Positions 61,563 to 64,000 of a stretch of 64,000 bases of DNA are shown here, one piece after another. Below the pieces are notes generated by a model that had not been told where the DNA came from, searched no databases, and was given only the letters and a program-made list of their open reading frames with translations. Each line of letters opens with the position of its first letter. Within the stretch, counting starts at the first letter, position 1. The translations under genes and the position numbers were made by a program. Source of the stretch: a virus (lineage: Duplodnaviria; Caudoviricetes); IMG/VR virus record IMGVR_UViG_3300031555_004524, positions 64,001-128,000 of that record; one strand, given 5' to 3'.

Positions 61563-64000
61563 TGGCTATTAGATTAGAAGATTTGGATATTCTAAAAAAT
61601 AAAGTCATATATGATACAAATAATGATCAGTATGTAATGGCAGAGCAAGGAGAAGTTTCCTTTGCCTCTGCCGATTATAAAATACTTGGATTTTTAAATG
61701 GATACGTATATTCATATGATGACGATTATATAGTAAAAAGCACACTTGATATGGGGGAAATTGCTAGAATAGCAGTTCCTGCTACTAATGGTGTATTTTT
61801 AGAAGGAATAGATTATATGTATTTCTATGAGAGAAATACTATTTGGAAGGTTACAGAAAATTTAGAAATTCCATGGAAATTAGAATTTGACGATTATATA
61901 AAAGATGTGGTGATGGATAATTTTGGATATATATACGTTATATATGAGAATAGCCGCACTATAAGAAAATATACTACTGATGGTGAAATTGTAGTATATT
62001 TTAATGAAAGTGATGATCCTACCAAATTTTGTAAATTATATAAAATATTTATAAATAAAGGTGGAGGTAATTTATATATAATCGGTTCTGAATTCTGGAA
62101 TAATAAAGTTCGTTCATTTGTAGATCATTATGATAATAGAACTTTTAAAAAGATAGAAAGACTCACTCTATCAGTACATGATAATGTGGATATTTATAAC
62201 CCATATTTTTCATATCACGATCTTTATATAGACGATGACTATATTTATATCTATGCTAATAATTATATTGAAAAGCTAAATATAAAATTACGTCCATTAT
62301 GGAGATATGGTTTAGGATATAATCCACTATCATTAGAAGTTGACTCGTTACATAAGATAACATTTGATGATGAAAAATATAAAGATAGAATATATTTCTC
62401 AGAAATATTTGATAGTACACAAGGATATAGTTTTGGCAAGTTATCCACAAATGGAAATATGTTATGGAAAATAACTAGTCCAGAAAATATAACTAAAACT
62501 GAATTCAACGTTGCTATTTATAAATCTGCAATTTATATTACAACTAAAAAAGATATAAATTTGACAAATGACTATGTGCTTGCAGTTGACGATGATAAAA
62601 TTATCTTTGAAACAAGAAATGGTGAGCTTGTTCGAATGATTGATAGTGGTAACGATATTCTATATTCACCTGAAAATTATATAGGAATGTATTTATTGGG
62701 TAGTAAAATAAAAGATGGTATACCAAAATTTATTGATTACTATCTTGCACATGATACTGGATTGGTTGTTACTGAAGATAATGCTTTACTTATTCTCACA
62801 GAAGAAAATAAAGATTATACAAATCCAGAAAATTACAATTATTTCAGACTATTGGGATCTGAAGTATTAGATGAATTACCAGATTATAGCATATTGAAAA
62901 CAAAAAATGGTAAGCCTATATTAAGTTTCGATAATTCATATATCGAAACTTTGTATCCATATATATCGGGAATAGATGAACAATATTTTACAGATGGGCA
63001 AGGTAATTATGTATCTGTCGCTGGCGAGATAGAAACAATAGAAAAGAATGGTGTTTATACTAGATTCTTTTATTTATTGGCAGATTACCATAAATTCTAT
63101 CAAAATATTGCAACCAAAAAAGATAATAAAATAATTATAACTAAGAAGTATGGTCATGGAATTGCTAGAAAAAAGAAATATATCCATAGATATGTAGTGA
63201 AAAAACTCATAGATATCGATATTATAGTTGAATATCTGATTCAGAATGGGGTATTAGAAACACTTTTACCTAAGTATGTAGAAAAATTAAAACATCATAC
63301 CATTAGTATGATAGAAGATATTCAAAATGCAATGACTCCATGTATTTATAATATAGATGCACATAGAGTATATGGGTATAGATATGATGGACGAGAATTT
63401 TATTTACGTACTCCTAATACTATGATATTTATGTGTAAAAATATACCTTATCTGGATAAGCGTAGACGAGATTCTATATTTGTTGAATCCATGGTTACCT
63501 TAGTAGAAAATCAAGAAATAACCCCATTTTTATTATTTATAAATGGAAGAGCTGTTAAATGGTCTAATGTTACTATTATACGAGACTGGTCATTCTCATT
63601 TATAATAATTAGTAATTGTAAGACGTATGCTGATTCATTAGATTGCGTATTATTCCCATGCACTATACGATATGGAGAAAATAATAACATCCTCCCTAAT
63701 TGCACAACTGGATTATATTTCGATTATAATGGATTCTATACCACAAATCCAAATAAAGTAAATCTTCGAATAGAGGTTACAGATAAACATGTTGCTGGAG
63801 GTACATATCGTATAAATGAGAGTTATCCTCATATAGAATTATTAGAACCAAATGAAAGACAAACAAGTTTTCCTGAAAATATATTAACATTTGAATCTGA
63901 TGATAGATTCTATGCAGATGGAAGATTTTATTTGGATCATTATGGGGAAAATATATATACATATGCAAGAGAAACAGCTGGTGTTACTTTTAGATCATTC
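61562..64000 (+). CDS. Large probable virion structural protein (runs off the window end)
   Basis: TAATG overlap with the previous gene; reads MAIRLEDLDILKNKVIYD... and appears open to the window end; beta-propeller-like N-terminal region. Confidence 0.6.
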   Translation, partial: MAIRLEDLDILKNKVIYDTNNDQYVMAEQGEVSFASADYKILGFLNGYVYSYDDDYIVKSTLDMGEIARIAVPATNGVFLEGIDYMYFYERNTIWKVTENLEIPWKLEFDDYIKDVVMDNFGYIYVIYENSRTIRKYTTDGEIVVYFNESDDPTKFCKLYKIFINKGGGNLYIIGSEFWNNKVRSFVDHYDNRTFKKIERLTLSVHDNVDIYNPYFSYHDLYIDDDYIYIYANNYIEKLNIKLRPLWRYGLGYNPLSLEVDSLHKITFDDEKYKDRIYFSEIFDSTQGYSFGKLSTNGNMLWKITSPENITKTEFNVAIYKSAIYITTKKDINLTNDYVLAVDDDKIIFETRNGELVRMIDSGNDILYSPENYIGMYLLGSKIKDGIPKFIDYYLAHDTGLVVTEDNALLILTEENKDYTNPENYNYFRLLGSEVLDELPDYSILKTKNGKPILSFDNSYIETLYPYISGIDEQYFTDGQGNYVSVAGEIETIEKNGVYTRFFYLLADYHKFYQNIATKKDNKIIITKKYGHGIARKKKYIHRYVVKKLIDIDIIVEYLIQNGVLETLLPKYVEKLKHHTISMIEDIQNAMTPCIYNIDAHRVYGYRYDGREFYLRTPNTMIFMCKNIPYLDKRRRDSIFVESMVTLVENQEITPFLLFINGRAVKWSNVTIIRDWSFSFIIISNCKTYADSLDCVLFPCTIRYGENNNILPNCTTGLYFDYNGFYTTNPNKVNLRIEVTDKHVAGGTYRINESYPHIELLEPNERQTSFPENILTFESDDRFYADGRFYLDHYGENIYTYARETAGVTFRSF

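Noticed and set aside
2109-63968. Short ORFs antisense to or overlapping long genes (e.g. 2109, 7701, 13431, 18978, 38507, 41942, 46058, 51937, 62256-63968)
   Set aside because: They are shadows of well-supported genes on the opposite strand or frame, with no RBS or motifs.
1-64000. Stop-codon reassignment
   Set aside because: Core genes are full length in the standard code and end in TAA, TAG and TGA.
1-64000. tRNA or rRNA genes
   Set aside because: No cloverleaf with T-loop GTTCRA and acceptor stem, and no rRNA-like segment, was seen by eye.

Overview
AT-rich segment of a jumbo bacteriophage of the phiKZ/AR9(PBS1)-related type, probably infecting a spore-forming Firmicute (Clostridia-like), inferred from the spo0A homologue, Firmicute-type amidase and dUTPase. 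It is mostly a minus-strand replication and transcription region: PolB N-terminus, SbcC and SbcD, split multisubunit RNA polymerase beta pieces, NAD-dependent ligase, RecA/UvsX, tubulin, dUTPase, GyrA and GyrB, RecD/Dda helicase, DnaB and a PD-(D/E)XK nuclease. A few plus-strand late or virion genes are also present. Two RNA-guided elements stand out. (1) A TIGR-Tas-like locus between gyrA and gyrB: a Nop/IS110-C-domain protein with no RuvC or HNH but a ~255-aa unknown insertion, flanked on both sides by 36-nt-period dual-repeat arrays (9-nt repeat, 9-nt spacer, second 9-nt repeat, 9-nt spacer). (2) A 1995-nt group I intron in the RNAP beta gene at the RFG|EME motif, carrying an intact TnpB, an omegaRNA-like 3' end and its own phage promoter, but no TnpA. 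Also seen: a short [RP]-L-F-x-K-I peptide motif shared by many replication and transcription proteins, two phage promoter classes, and a dispersed 7-member paralogue family. All calls come from reading motifs by eye; no database searches were run.
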